Below are positions 19,022 to 28,344 of a stretch of DNA of 64,000 nucleotides, one piece after another (position 1 is the first letter of the stretch; each line of letters begins with the position of its first letter). The DNA is taken from NCBI GenBank assembly GCA_050746865.1, contig JBOGMU010000141.1, forward strand, positions 3,142-67,141. Direction: 5' to 3'. This DNA comes from Candidatus Acidiferrales bacterium. Its GTDB lineage: Bacteria > Acidobacteriota > Terriglobia > Acidiferrales > UBA7541. The notes beneath the pieces were generated by a model that had not been told where the DNA came from, made no database searches, and saw only the letters and a list, made by a program, of their open reading frames with translations. The position numbers and the translations under genes were made by a program.

Positions 19022-19374
19022 CCGGGATTGACGCGGCTCTGCGAGCATTCTCGCGCGTTCTGCGTTGACTTTTCGTGCTGTGCACCCCAAAATCTTTGTG
19101 CTGGAAAAATTGAATAGCTAGATGTCTCGCGTGCAGCGAGGCGGAAGGGCGCTCGAAACTTCCCGTGTGGGCGGGCGGTATTGAGCGAGCGCTTGGACGG
19201 CTTGGTGAGGTTGAGTGTAGTTGCGGTTCGCCGGTTCCGTTGGGGTCTTCAAGGCAACTCCGCCGTGGATTTTCCCCATTTAGCTTTTGAATGTAGCGAA
19301 TTGAAATAGAGCCGAATCAAATATAGGTGAAGCTTTTTCACGCACAAATCCATAGCTCTACTCTCGGAGGATAA

Positions 19375-20379
19375 ATGCCGGTAAAAGTTGGAATTAATGG
19401 CTTCGGACGCATCGGCCGGAACATCTATCGGGCCGCGCTGGGCGATCCTGCCATGGAGTTCGTGGCTGTAAACGATCTTACGGATTCGAAGACGCTCGCT
19501 CACCTGCTGAAGTACGACTCGATTTTGGGCAATTTGTCGCACAAGGTGACGTACACGGACGATGCGATCACTGTCGACGGCAAGTCGATCAAAGTGTTTC
19601 GCGTGAAGGACCCTGCGGAGTTGGACTGGGCCTCGGTTGGCGCGCAGATCGTTGTGGAATCGACGGGGCGTTTTACAGCGGGCCCCGACGCGAAGAAGCA
19701 TATGCGCGGGCCAGTGAAGAAGGTGCTGATTTCAGCGCCTGCAACCGATCCGGACGGAACGTTTGTGCTGGGCGTGAACGACAAGACCTACGATCCGGCA
19801 AAGCACAATGTGATTTCGAACGCTTCGTGCACGACGAACTGCCTCGCGCCCGTGGCGAAGGTGATTCACGACACGTTTGGGATCAACGTGGGCACGATGA
19901 CCACGATTCACTCCTACACGAATGACCAGAATCTGCTCGACCTGCCACACAAGGACCTCCGTCGCGCACGCGCGGCGGCTCTTTCGATGATCCCGAGCTC
20001 GACCGGCGCGGCCAAGGCTTTGCACCTGGTGATTCCTGAACTCAAGGGCAAGCTCGACGGTTATGCGATGCGCGTTCCGACGCCGAACGTGAGCGTGGTG
20101 GACCTCACTGTGTTCGTCGATAAGGCAACGAATGCGAAGGATGTGAATGCGGCGCTGAAGAAGGCTGCCGATGGCCCGATGAAGGGCATCCTCGAATACA
20201 CCGAAGAGGAACTTGTCTCGGTCGACTTCCGCAAGAATCCGGCGTCCTCGATTGTGGATGCCGGCTACACGCGCGTGGTCGGCACGAATTGCGTGAAGGT
20301 GCTCGCGTGGTACGACAACGAGTGGGGCTATTCTTCGCGCTGCGTTGACATGATCAAGCTGCTGGCCAAGGGCCTGTAG
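19375..20379 (+). CDS. gap: type I glyceraldehyde-3-phosphate dehydrogenase
   Basis: INGFGRIGR and SNASCTTNCLAP active-site motifs; 334 aa. Confidence 0.95.
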   Translation: MPVKVGINGFGRIGRNIYRAALGDPAMEFVAVNDLTDSKTLAHLLKYDSILGNLSHKVTYTDDAITVDGKSIKVFRVKDPAELDWASVGAQIVVESTGRFTAGPDAKKHMRGPVKKVLISAPATDPDGTFVLGVNDKTYDPAKHNVISNASCTTNCLAPVAKVIHDTFGINVGTMTTIHSYTNDQNLLDLPHKDLRRARAAALSMIPSSTGAAKALHLVIPELKGKLDGYAMRVPTPNVSVVDLTVFVDKATNAKDVNAALKKAADGPMKGILEYTEEELVSVDFRKNPASSIVDAGYTRVVGTNCVKVLAWYDNEWGYSSRCVDMIKLLAKGL

Positions 20380-20411
20380 GGCAAATCAAAACTGCGCATC
20401 ACTCACGTTAG

Positions 20412-20453
20412 CGAAGAATCCCTCTCTTAGGCCGGTAGAAGAGGGATTCTTCG
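20412..20453 (+). terminator. 14-bp perfect hairpin downstream of gap (terminator or REP-like element)
   Basis: CGAAGAATCCCTCT / AGAGGGATTCTTCG with a 14-nt loop, 33 nt after the gap stop. The downstream T-tract is weak. Confidence 0.5.
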
Positions 20454-20524
20454 AGTCGTTTGGCAGCTATCACAGTTCGTGACTGAATCCGCGGTGCGAT
20501 TAAAATAAACGGCCGATAAGAAAG

Positions 20525-20577
20525 CAAGAGAGGTCCTTCGGCGCGCTTTTAAATGCGGGCGCGGCTCAGGATGACGA
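20525..20577 (+). repeat. dispersed repeat family 1, copy C
   Basis: CAAGAGAGGTCCTTCGGCGCGC...GCGCGGCTCAGGATGACGA. A partial extra terminus, CTCAGAATGACG, lies at 20652-20663. Confidence 0.8.
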
Positions 20578-20644
20578 CATTTTGAGTCTCGATACATTTT
20601 GAATCTTGAGACATTTTCAAGTCAGAAACATTTTGAATTGCAGA
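20577..20644 (+). repeat. tandem array, 4 units of exactly 17 nt, each starting ACATTTT(G/C)A
   Basis: Units start at 20577, 20594, 20611 and 20628. The array lies immediately upstream of pgk. Confidence 0.85.
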
Positions 20645-20682
20645 TGGACGCCTCAGAATGACGTTTCATTTATAGGACTCCT

Positions 20683-21891
20683 ATGAACAAACTATCGATT
20701 CGAGATTTGGATCTGGCAGGCAAACGAGTTTTCATCCGGGTGGACTTCAATGTCCCGCTCGATAAGGGTAAGGTTACCGACGATACGCGCATCCGCGAGA
20801 CGCTGCCGACGTTGAAGCTGGCGATGGAGCGAGGCGGCAAGCTCGTGCTCGCGTCGCATCTTGGCCGTCCGAAGGGCAAAGTCGATCCAAAGTATACGCT
20901 TGCGCCGGTGGCTGCGCGATTGCAGGAAATGCTTGGCAAGCCTGTGGAATTTGCGAGCGACTGCATTGGCGCCGAGGCGGAATCGAAGAGCAAGGCGTTG
21001 CCGAACGGCGGCGTGTTGCTGCTTGAAAACGTCCGCTACTATCCGCAGGAAGAGGCGAACGATCCTGAATTCTCGAAGAAGCTCGCAGCACTTTGCGATG
21101 GCCTATTCGTGTGCGACGCATTTGGATCGGCGCATCGCGCGCATGCGTCCGTGGTGGGCATCACGCAATACGTGAAGCAGGCGGCGGCCGGACTCCTGAT
21201 GGAAAAAGAGCTGGCGTACATGGGAAAGGCCATTTCGAATCCGGAGCGGCCATTTGTGGCGGTGCTCGGCGGCGCGAAGGTCTCGGACAAGATCGAAGTA
21301 GTGCAGAACATGATGAAGCTGGCTGACGCCGTGCTTATCGGCGGCGCGATGGCGTACACGCTGCTGAAATCGCAGGGGATCTCGATAGGCAAGTCACTTG
21401 TGGAGAATGACAAGCTCGATCTTGCCAAGAGCCTGGTCGAGGAAGCGAAGGCCAAGAAGTTCAAGCTGCTCTTGCCTGTGGATCATGTGCTGGCGGAGTC
21501 GCCTGATTCTACGGCAACGAAGACAGTCGACATTTCGCAGGCTCCTGACAACATGATGGGCCTCGATATTGGGCCAAAGACCGTGGAGCTTTTCTCGAAA
21601 GAAATTGGGGCGGCGAAGACGATTGTTTGGAATGGGCCGATGGGGATGTTCGAAAAGCCTCAGTTCGCGCAAGGCACGCTCGGGATTGCGAAGGCGGTTG
21701 CGGCGGCGACTCAGGCGGGCGCCACTTCAATTGTGGGTGGCGGCGATTCGGTGGCGGCGGTCGAACAATCGGGCGTGGCGAATCAGATTTCGCACATTTC
21801 GACTGGCGGCGGCGCTTCGCTGGAGTTTCTGGCGGGCGAGAAGCTGCCGGGTGTCGAGGCGTTGACGAACGCCGCTGCGAAGGGCGCGTGA
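20683..21891 (+). CDS. pgk: phosphoglycerate kinase
   Basis: [17 protein letters not shown] and GGGDS motifs; 402 aa. Confidence 0.95.
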   Translation: MNKLSIRDLDLAGKRVFIRVDFNVPLDKGKVTDDTRIRETLPTLKLAMERGGKLVLASHLGRPKGKVDPKYTLAPVAARLQEMLGKPVEFASDCIGAEAESKSKALPNGGVLLLENVRYYPQEEANDPEFSKKLAALCDGLFVCDAFGSAHRAHASVVGITQYVKQAAAGLLMEKELAYMGKAISNPERPFVAVLGGAKVSDKIEVVQNMMKLADAVLIGGAMAYTLLKSQGISIGKSLVENDKLDLAKSLVEEAKAKKFKLLLPVDHVLAESPDSTATKTVDISQAPDNMMGLDIGPKTVELFSKEIGAAKTIVWNGPMGMFEKPQFAQGTLGIAKAVAAATQAGATSIVGGGDSVAAVEQSGVANQISHISTGGGASLEFLAGEKLPGVEALTNAAAKGA

Positions 21892-21892
21892 C

Positions 21893-22654
21893 ATGGGGAT
21901 TCCTTCGCGGCGGCCGGTGATTGCGGGAAATTGGAAGATGTTCAAGACGGGCTCAGAGACGTTCGCGTTCTTTGAGGCGTTTCATCCTTCGGTGAAGGCG
22001 GCAAAGCACTGCGACATCGTGATCGCACCACCGTTCACGGCTGTAGCGACGGCAGTAGAAGCGACTGAAGGCAGCGCGATCGGAATTGGTGCGCAAAATA
22101 TGCACTGGGAGCGCGAGGGTGCGTTCACGGGAGAAATTTCGGCGAGGATGATCGTGGAGGCGGGGTGCAAGTACGTGATTATCGGGCACTCCGAACGCCG
22201 CCAATATTTCGGCGAGACGGACGATACGGTTCATCGCAAGACGCAGGCCGCGTTGCTTGCCGGGCTGACGCCGATTGTTTGCGTGGGAGAGACGCTGCCC
22301 GAGCGCGAAGGCGGTATTACGAATGACGTGCTGCGGCGGCAATTCGAGGGCGGGTTCGCCGCGTTGACCGAGGCAGACTTCTCGCGTATCCTGATTGCAT
22401 ACGAGCCAGTGTGGGCCATCGGAACAGGCCGCACCGCTACGCCGGAAATCGCCGAAGAGGCCCACCGTTTCATTCGTGAGCTTGCGAATGCCAAATTCGG
22501 CGCAGCATGCGCGAACGGCGTGCGAATTCTTTATGGCGGCAGCGTGAAGCCGGACAACATCAAAGGCTTGATGGCACAGACGGATATTGATGGCGCACTC
22601 GTCGGCGGGGCGAGCCTGGACGCAAAGTCGTTTGCGGCCATCGTGAATTTTTAG
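21893..22654 (+). CDS. tpiA: triose-phosphate isomerase
   Basis: AGNWKM, IIGHSERR, AYEPVWAIGTG and YGGSV motifs. Confidence 0.95.
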   Translation: MGIPSRRPVIAGNWKMFKTGSETFAFFEAFHPSVKAAKHCDIVIAPPFTAVATAVEATEGSAIGIGAQNMHWEREGAFTGEISARMIVEAGCKYVIIGHSERRQYFGETDDTVHRKTQAALLAGLTPIVCVGETLPEREGGITNDVLRRQFEGGFAALTEADFSRILIAYEPVWAIGTGRTATPEIAEEAHRFIRELANAKFGAACANGVRILYGGSVKPDNIKGLMAQTDIDGALVGGASLDAKSFAAIVNF

Positions 22655-22681
22655 TTTTGGGAATCAGAAAGCGAGTTTTAC

Positions 22682-23146
22682 ATGCCTAGGTGGATGAAGT
22701 GGACGATGGCGATTCTAGCCGCACTCATTCTAGTGTGGATCGGTTGGCATCTTACATTTTTTCTCGTGACGCTCCACATTTTCGTCTGCTTCGTGCTGAT
22801 CCTGGTGGTCATGTTCCAAAGCGGCTCGGCCGCTGACCTCGCGGGCGCATTCGGCGGCGCAGGCAGCCAAACAGCTTTCGGGCCGCGCGGCGCAGCTACT
22901 TTCCTTTCACGCGCCACTACATGGTGCGCAATTGTCTTCATGCTTACTTCCCTGACCCTTTCGATCAAGCGGGGACCGTCTCAAAGTGTCGGCTCAGGTT
23001 CGATCCTGGAGCAGACTACGAATCCGGGTCCGGCGAAGACGCCCGCTCCCGCTAAGCCTACGACTCCTGCGCCAACGCAGACAGCACCGGCACCTTCGTC
23101 GCAAACGCCTGCGCAGACGCCAGCGACTCCGGCTAAGAAGCCCTAA
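22682..23146 (+). CDS. secG: preprotein translocase subunit SecG with Pro/Thr/Ala-rich C-terminal extension
   Basis: Two TM helices flank QSGSAADLAGAFGGAGSQTAFG, the SecG signature. It sits in the classic position after tpiA. The C-terminal 50 aa or so are low complexity. Confidence 0.85.
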   Translation: MPRWMKWTMAILAALILVWIGWHLTFFLVTLHIFVCFVLILVVMFQSGSAADLAGAFGGAGSQTAFGPRGAATFLSRATTWCAIVFMLTSLTLSIKRGPSQSVGSGSILEQTTNPGPAKTPAPAKPTTPAPTQTAPAPSSQTPAQTPATPAKKP

Positions 23147-23535
23147 TTCTGCGTCGTAATTTTGGGCCTATTGGGAACCGACGCCAATGCCGGTTGGGAT
23201 CTCCACCAGTGCGCGAAGCATCTCTCGAAGGCCAGCCCCACGCAAAAGCGCTTGCTTGCCAACGGACGACAATAAACGACGCGACCTGTCAGCTGCATAT
23301 TCAGAGACAGCGGGCTGAGGGCATACCGCTCGCCCAGCTCCAATTGCTGATAACAAATCACACAAGCACCGCCGGCACTCACGTTTTCTGTGACAGCTTG
23401 CTCCGCAGGATCCTCTCGATTCGAACTCACCAGGTAAACCGGCACGGTGACGGAGACTCGCGGATCAATTCTTCGCTCTGACGACACGCCGCAATCACTG
23501 TTTCCGCCTCTAACGAATATCTTTTTGGCTATCAT
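23143..23535 (-). CDS. PilZ domain protein (putative c-di-GMP receptor)
   Basis: RRIDPR (RxxxR) and NVSAGG (NxSxxG) motifs at the appropriate spacing. Its stop codon overlaps the secG stop on the opposite strand. Confidence 0.8.
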   Translation of the reverse strand: MIAKKIFVRGGNSDCGVSSERRIDPRVSVTVPVYLVSSNREDPAEQAVTENVSAGGACVICYQQLELGERYALSPLSLNMQLTGRVVYCRPLASKRFCVGLAFERCFAHWWRSQPALASVPNRPKITTQN

Positions 23536-23925
23536 GTTTCACCGCAGTTCTGATGGCACGGCAGGCTCCACGTGAATGGCGACGTAAGTCTTGTTTTATC
23601 TGCGGTCAACGGAGGGTGCCCAAGTAAAGAGCCGATACTAGTACCACGGAATTTTTACAGCCAGTGGCCGGGCGGCGTTTACCCTACAATATACTTTCGC
23701 TTGATATGCGCGGGCACTTGCCAATGGATTTGGCGAGGTCGAGCGGACACTGAATGAAGTCCACAAAAGCCTGGTAAGCCCGTCGTAGCCGCCTAGGACC
23801 GCGGTCAGGTAACCGATTCTGTACCGCGGTCGGCGAAGTTCGACTCGTGCCAACGCGGGAACCGTAAAATTGGATATGCGTCCGCGCAGGGCCATGTTGA
23901 GGCCTGAATACCGGACAGCCTTTCG

Positions 23926-24747
23926 ATGAGCCGCAAATCCATTGATACGGACGCACCGCGTCCCTCCGTAAAAGCGCCAGAAAAGCCGGCGGCGCAGCCT
24001 TCTCTGAAGCCGGAAGAGAAGGAACTCCTCCGCAAGCGTGACGAGCAGAAGGCCCTCGAAAACGACCTTACTGAACGCGAATGGCGCGTGACGAATCTGC
24101 GCGCCGAGCTTGGCGCTTTTGAACGGCAATATCTGCATCTGGTCGGCTTGCGCTATGCGGAACTCGATGAATACAAGGCTCAGCTTGCGGAAAAACTCGC
24201 TGCCGAGCAGCCGCAGGACGAGCGCGCGCAGCAGGCCGCACGTGAAGCCCGTGCGCGAGCGAATGAGACCAAAGTAGGCGCCGGCGACAAGAGCGATCAG
24301 GAGCCGCGTGCGTTCAGGGCTTCACCGGAAATGAAACGCATCTATCGCGACGTGGCGAAGCGCATTCACCCCGATCTCACTTCCGACCGCGAGGATCGCG
24401 CTACGCGTCAACAACTGATGGCTCGCGCGAACGAAGCTTATGAACGCGGCGACGAGACGGGACTGGCGAAAATTCTGAACGAATACGAATCGAGCCCGGA
24501 AGCGTTCCACGGCGACGGTCCGGGCGCAGAGTTGATTCGAGTGATTCGCCGCATCAGCCAGGTTCGCGCGCGCCTTGCAGAAATCGAAGCAGAGTCCCAG
24601 GCGCTTCTTCGATCGGACTTGTACCAATTGCGGACGCGCGTGGAAGAAGCAGCACAGCTTGGTCGCGACGTGTTGAAGGAGATGGTAGAGAAAACGGAAA
24701 TGCAGATCGCGGAGGCCAATCGCCGCCTGGCGGAAGGTAAACGATAA
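23926..24747 (+). CDS. J-domain protein with long coiled-coil regions
   Basis: MKRIYRDVAKRIHPDL contains the HPD tripeptide. The flanking sequence is highly charged and heptad-like. Confidence 0.8.
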   Translation: MSRKSIDTDAPRPSVKAPEKPAAQPSLKPEEKELLRKRDEQKALENDLTEREWRVTNLRAELGAFERQYLHLVGLRYAELDEYKAQLAEKLAAEQPQDERAQQAAREARARANETKVGAGDKSDQEPRAFRASPEMKRIYRDVAKRIHPDLTSDREDRATRQQLMARANEAYERGDETGLAKILNEYESSPEAFHGDGPGAELIRVIRRISQVRARLAEIEAESQALLRSDLYQLRTRVEEAAQLGRDVLKEMVEKTEMQIAEANRRLAEGKR

Positions 24748-24750
24748 ACC

Positions 24751-25911
24751 ATGGCTCGGTCGTCATCCACGCAAGAGGCGAATTTGAAGCAGGCGCATAC
24801 GTCCCAGCTTGCACCGACGGGATCGAGAGGGCTTGCGGTGCGATCCGGCGCGCTGATCCGGCGCGGGCTGCGCGATTTGGCGCGCGATTCGAATTGGCTG
24901 GTGAGAAAGGTTTTTCAAGGTCCGGTGACGCAGGCGACAGTCTCACCGGACGGGCAGGTTTGCACGATCTCGCCGCAGGTTCGCCAAGGCGGACACAGCC
25001 TGACGCTCTTCGATGTGGAGCGCTGTGTTCCGACGCTTGCGCTGAGCCTTACGGCCGAGGCCGACGATCCCGGCGAAGTCGATTCGCCTGCGCGCTTCGC
25101 ATGGTCACCCAACGGACGGTATCTATTGCGTGCACGAGGATCGCGAGGAAGCGAACTACAGCTTTTCGATCTTCAAGCAAAGACGTTCGCGGGCGTATTC
25201 GGGAACTTCGCCCAAGCGCCATCGTTCATCGCATGGTCCCCGAGCGGGAATTTCGTCGCGAGCTCCACGCGAGGATGGAGCGCGTCGCTCGATTTGTGGC
25301 AGATGCACTTACCATCGAACTTGCCCGGCGATGCAGTTGCAAAACGTGTGCAGCAGCTTGGAGTGCCCGATTGGCTCGAGCCGCGCGTAGCGGACGGCGA
25401 ATCGAGTGAGGCCGGAAGGTTTTCCGGGTATGGCCGCATGATGTTCAGCCCGGACGAGCGACACATTGCGGCAACGGTCGAGATTGGTGGCGAGTGGGCG
25501 GACGATCTGCTCGTTTTCCTGGATGCTGTGACGTTGCAGAAGAAATCTGTCTTCGAAGCGCAGGGGCGCATTACGGATTTGGCGTGGTCGAACGATGGGC
25601 AGCGCCTGGTCTCCTGCTCAGCCGGGCAAGCGTTCGGCATCGATCCGCTCTCGGCGGAATCTTCCGTGCTGCCCTTTGGCGGCGAGCAGTGCGCCTGGCA
25701 TCCGCACTTGCCGGTTTGCTTATTTTACAGTTCCCTGTTGCGAAGCTCGGCAAAGGGCCGGCTATTTCTGGCGGATATGAACCGGATCAGCGTGTTCGAC
25801 GAATATCCCGCGGAAGGCGTGCTCGATTTGCGTTGGAGTGTGGATGGATCTAAGGCATACGCCATCACAAACGACGGGCTCGCCTACATCTACGAACCGG
25901 AACTGCTTTAA
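24751..25911 (+). CDS. beta-propeller (WD40/PD40-like) repeat protein, hypothetical
   Basis: Six spaced W/F-S-P/x-D/N/S-G motifs: VSPDGQV, WSPNGRY, WSPSGNF, FSPDERH, WSNDGQR and WSVDGSK. The start lies 3 nt after the J-protein stop. Confidence 0.65.
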   Translation: MARSSSTQEANLKQAHTSQLAPTGSRGLAVRSGALIRRGLRDLARDSNWLVRKVFQGPVTQATVSPDGQVCTISPQVRQGGHSLTLFDVERCVPTLALSLTAEADDPGEVDSPARFAWSPNGRYLLRARGSRGSELQLFDLQAKTFAGVFGNFAQAPSFIAWSPSGNFVASSTRGWSASLDLWQMHLPSNLPGDAVAKRVQQLGVPDWLEPRVADGESSEAGRFSGYGRMMFSPDERHIAATVEIGGEWADDLLVFLDAVTLQKKSVFEAQGRITDLAWSNDGQRLVSCSAGQAFGIDPLSAESSVLPFGGEQCAWHPHLPVCLFYSSLLRSSAKGRLFLADMNRISVFDEYPAEGVLDLRWSVDGSKAYAITNDGLAYIYEPELL

Positions 25912-25974
25912 TTCAAAAACATAATTCAACCAGCTCGTTCGCGGCGCACGGCAGGTGAATGTAAGTTTGAGGAG

Positions 25975-26003
25975 AAAAGGCCCGACCAAACGGCGGGTCG
26001 GCC
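25975..26003 (-). terminator. probable terminator downstream of tsaD
   Basis: GGCCCGACC / GGTCGGCC stem with one bulge. On the minus strand it is followed by TTTTCTCC. It lies 28 nt past the tsaD stop. Confidence 0.5.
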
Positions 26004-26030
26004 GCTACAAAAACTTCCGGACGCCGACGC

Positions 26031-27152
26031 TTACGCTAGAGGTAAATTTGCTTCGGCATTCAGCAGGATTGTTTCGCGTTCACCGGCGACGAAGCGCGGA
26101 TAGCCTGCGGCAGCGATCATGGCCGCGTTGTCAGTGGAAAGCGCGCGGCTGGGGAAATAGGTCTGCATTCCTCGGCGCTCACCTTCCAATTCGAATGCCT
26201 TGCGCAAGGCACTGTTCGCCGCTACCCCTCCCGAAACAAAGATGGTGCGGACGGCGTATTGCTCCGCCGCGTCCAGCGTACGCGAGAGCAAATCCTCGAC
26301 GACACAATGCTGAAAGCTCGCAATGAGGTCGAGAGTATCTTTGCTGCACAGGGGAAGCAGGGCCTCCGCGGTGCGTTCGCCGCGCGCGAGCGCCGCCTGG
26401 CGCGATTCGATTTCAGGCTGAAGCTGCGGATTGCGCCGCAAATGATAAAGCACGGCCGTCTTGATTCCGCTGAAGCTGAAATCGAAGCGGTTGCCCTTCA
26501 TTTTGGGCACGCCGAACTGAATTTTTCTCGCGTCTCCCTGCGATGCGAGTTGATCGATCACCGGCCCACCGGGATAGCCGAGCGCAAGCATTTTTGCGAC
26601 TTTATCGTAGGCTTCACCGGCCGCGTCGTCGCGCGTGCCGCCGATGCGAGCGTAAGTGAAGTGCGAAGCGCCGTTGCCTGAGGCGCTGTCCGTTTTCACG
26701 TGATAAAGAATCGTGTGCCCGCCGGAGACGATGAGGCAGACGGAAGGCAACTCCGGTACTTTGCCAGCGATATGCGCCTCCAGCAACACGGCGTGCACGT
26801 GCCCCTCAAGATGATTTACCGCGATCAGCGGCTTGCCCAATGCGTACGAGAGAACCTTGCCATAAGTAACGCCCACGAGCAGTGCACCTATCAGCCCAGG
26901 GCCGCGCGTCACGGCGATTGCGCTCACATCCCGCAGAGTAATGCCTGCCTGTTCAATCGCCTCGCGCACGACGGGGACGATCTGCCGCAGGTGTTCGCGA
27001 GAGGCCAATTCGGGCACGACGCCGCCGTACTTGCGATGAATCGCCACTTGCGACGCCACGACGCTGGATAAAATGCGCCGCCCGCCGGCAACGACAGCCG
27101 CAGCCGTTTCATCACACGACGATTCGATCCCGAGTATCAGTTCATCGCTCAT
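26031..27152 (-). CDS. tsaD: tRNA N6-adenosine threonylcarbamoyltransferase
   Basis: MSDELILGIESSCDETAAAVV start and HLEGH, SGGHT motifs. The listed ORF's extra 81 N-terminal codons run through a repeat element and are rejected. Confidence 0.9.
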   Translation of the reverse strand: MSDELILGIESSCDETAAAVVAGGRRILSSVVASQVAIHRKYGGVVPELASREHLRQIVPVVREAIEQAGITLRDVSAIAVTRGPGLIGALLVGVTYGKVLSYALGKPLIAVNHLEGHVHAVLLEAHIAGKVPELPSVCLIVSGGHTILYHVKTDSASGNGASHFTYARIGGTRDDAAGEAYDKVAKMLALGYPGGPVIDQLASQGDARKIQFGVPKMKGNRFDFSFSGIKTAVLYHLRRNPQLQPEIESRQAALARGERTAEALLPLCSKDTLDLIASFQHCVVEDLLSRTLDAAEQYAVRTIFVSGGVAANSALRKAFELEGERRGMQTYFPSRALSTDNAAMIAAAGYPRFVAGERETILLNAEANLPLA

Positions 27153-27299
27153 TGGAATTTGCCAGAAGGCCCAAGCCGCATGTTTTCTTTGAAACATACG
27201 GTAACAACCGGACGAACCGTGCAAAAGCGCTATGTTAGCATACGAAAGTTGGCCTGCTGATTGCTCGCCGCAAGAGGTGGCAAGAAAAAATGGAATCAT

Positions 27300-27367
27300 G
27301 GCTTCAGGGGCTAAAGCCCTATTCATACGGCGGTACCTACGGCGGGGCTGAAAGCCCGCGCCCTTCC
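27300..27367 (-). repeat. dispersed repeat family 2 (double-hairpin element), reverse-oriented copy
   Basis: The reverse complement, GGAAGG-GCGCGGGCTTTCAGCCCCGCCG-TAGGTACCGCCGTATGAATA-GGGCTTTAGCCCC-TGAAGCC, is collinear with 61929-61994. Confidence 0.8.
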
Positions 27368-27450
27368 GTTCCTTCACTCTCTTTACGGCTTGCAAGGTGG
27401 ATGGCTTTGAAACGCGCGAACCTGATGAATCCTCTTACACGGACAATCTC

Positions 27451-28344
27451 ATGACCGAAAAACCCAAGCGCCTCAGAAAAGCCGTGCTCCCCGTCGCCGG
27501 TCTCGGCACGCGATTTTTGCCTGCGACGAAGGCCATGCCGAAGGAGATGCTGCCGGTTGTCGATAAACCGGTAATTCAATATGCGGTGGAGGAGTGTCTA
27601 GCTGCCGGCATCGAAGACGTTATTTTCGTCACAGGGCGCGGGAAAAGCGCGATCGAAGACCATTTTGACCGCTCCCCGGAACTCGAAGCGCTGCTCGAAT
27701 CTCGCGGCAAAAAGGCTCAGGCGGACCTGGTACGCGAGATCGGCGGCCAATTGAATTTCAGTTATACGCGGCAGAGCGAAGCGCTGGGGCTAGGTCATGC
27801 GGTGCTTTGCGCTGCGGAAATCGTTGGCGACGAACCCTGCGCGGTGCTGCTGCCGGACATGATTATGCACAGCAAGATTCCTTCCACCAAATCGTTGAAA
27901 GAGATTTATGAGGCGACCGGTCTGGGCACGATCCTCGTGGAAGAGGTGCCGCACGAAAAAGTGTCATCCTATGGCGTGATCGATGCCGAGCCCGGCAACT
28001 TTTCGCAGTGGGGCAAGCAGGTGATGCGCATTAAAGATCTCGTCGAAAAGCCCGCGCCTGAGAAAGCGCCTTCGAATTTGATTATTTCAGGGCGCTACGT
28101 GCTGCCGCCCGAAATTTTCGATTATCTGCGCAAAGTGAAACCCGGCGCCATGGGCGAAATTCAACTAACGGACGGCCTGCGAGCGCTGACCAAAGAACAA
28201 GGCATGCTTGCGTTCATCTATGACGGGAAAACGTACGACGCGGGAGACAAGCTCGGTTTTCTAGTGGCAAATGTGGAACTCGGCCTGCAAAATCCAAAAT
28301 TCGGCGCCGATTTCCGCGCGTACCTCAAAAATTTGAAGCCGTAA
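27451..28344 (+). CDS. galU: UTP--glucose-1-phosphate uridylyltransferase
   Basis: KAVLPVAGLGTRFLPATKAMPKEMLPVVDKP motif. I prefer ATG 27451 over the listed GTG 27397. Confidence 0.9.
   Translation: MTEKPKRLRKAVLPVAGLGTRFLPATKAMPKEMLPVVDKPVIQYAVEECLAAGIEDVIFVTGRGKSAIEDHFDRSPELEALLESRGKKAQADLVREIGGQLNFSYTRQSEALGLGHAVLCAAEIVGDEPCAVLLPDMIMHSKIPSTKSLKEIYEATGLGTILVEEVPHEKVSSYGVIDAEPGNFSQWGKQVMRIKDLVEKPAPEKAPSNLIISGRYVLPPEIFDYLRKVKPGAMGEIQLTDGLRALTKEQGMLAFIYDGKTYDAGDKLGFLVANVELGLQNPKFGADFRAYLKNLKP

Noticed and set aside
20577-20644. Could the 17-nt periodic array be a miniature CRISPR array?
   Set aside because: The units are contiguous 17-mers with no repeat-spacer organisation. They are far shorter than CRISPR repeats, and no cas genes are present in the window.
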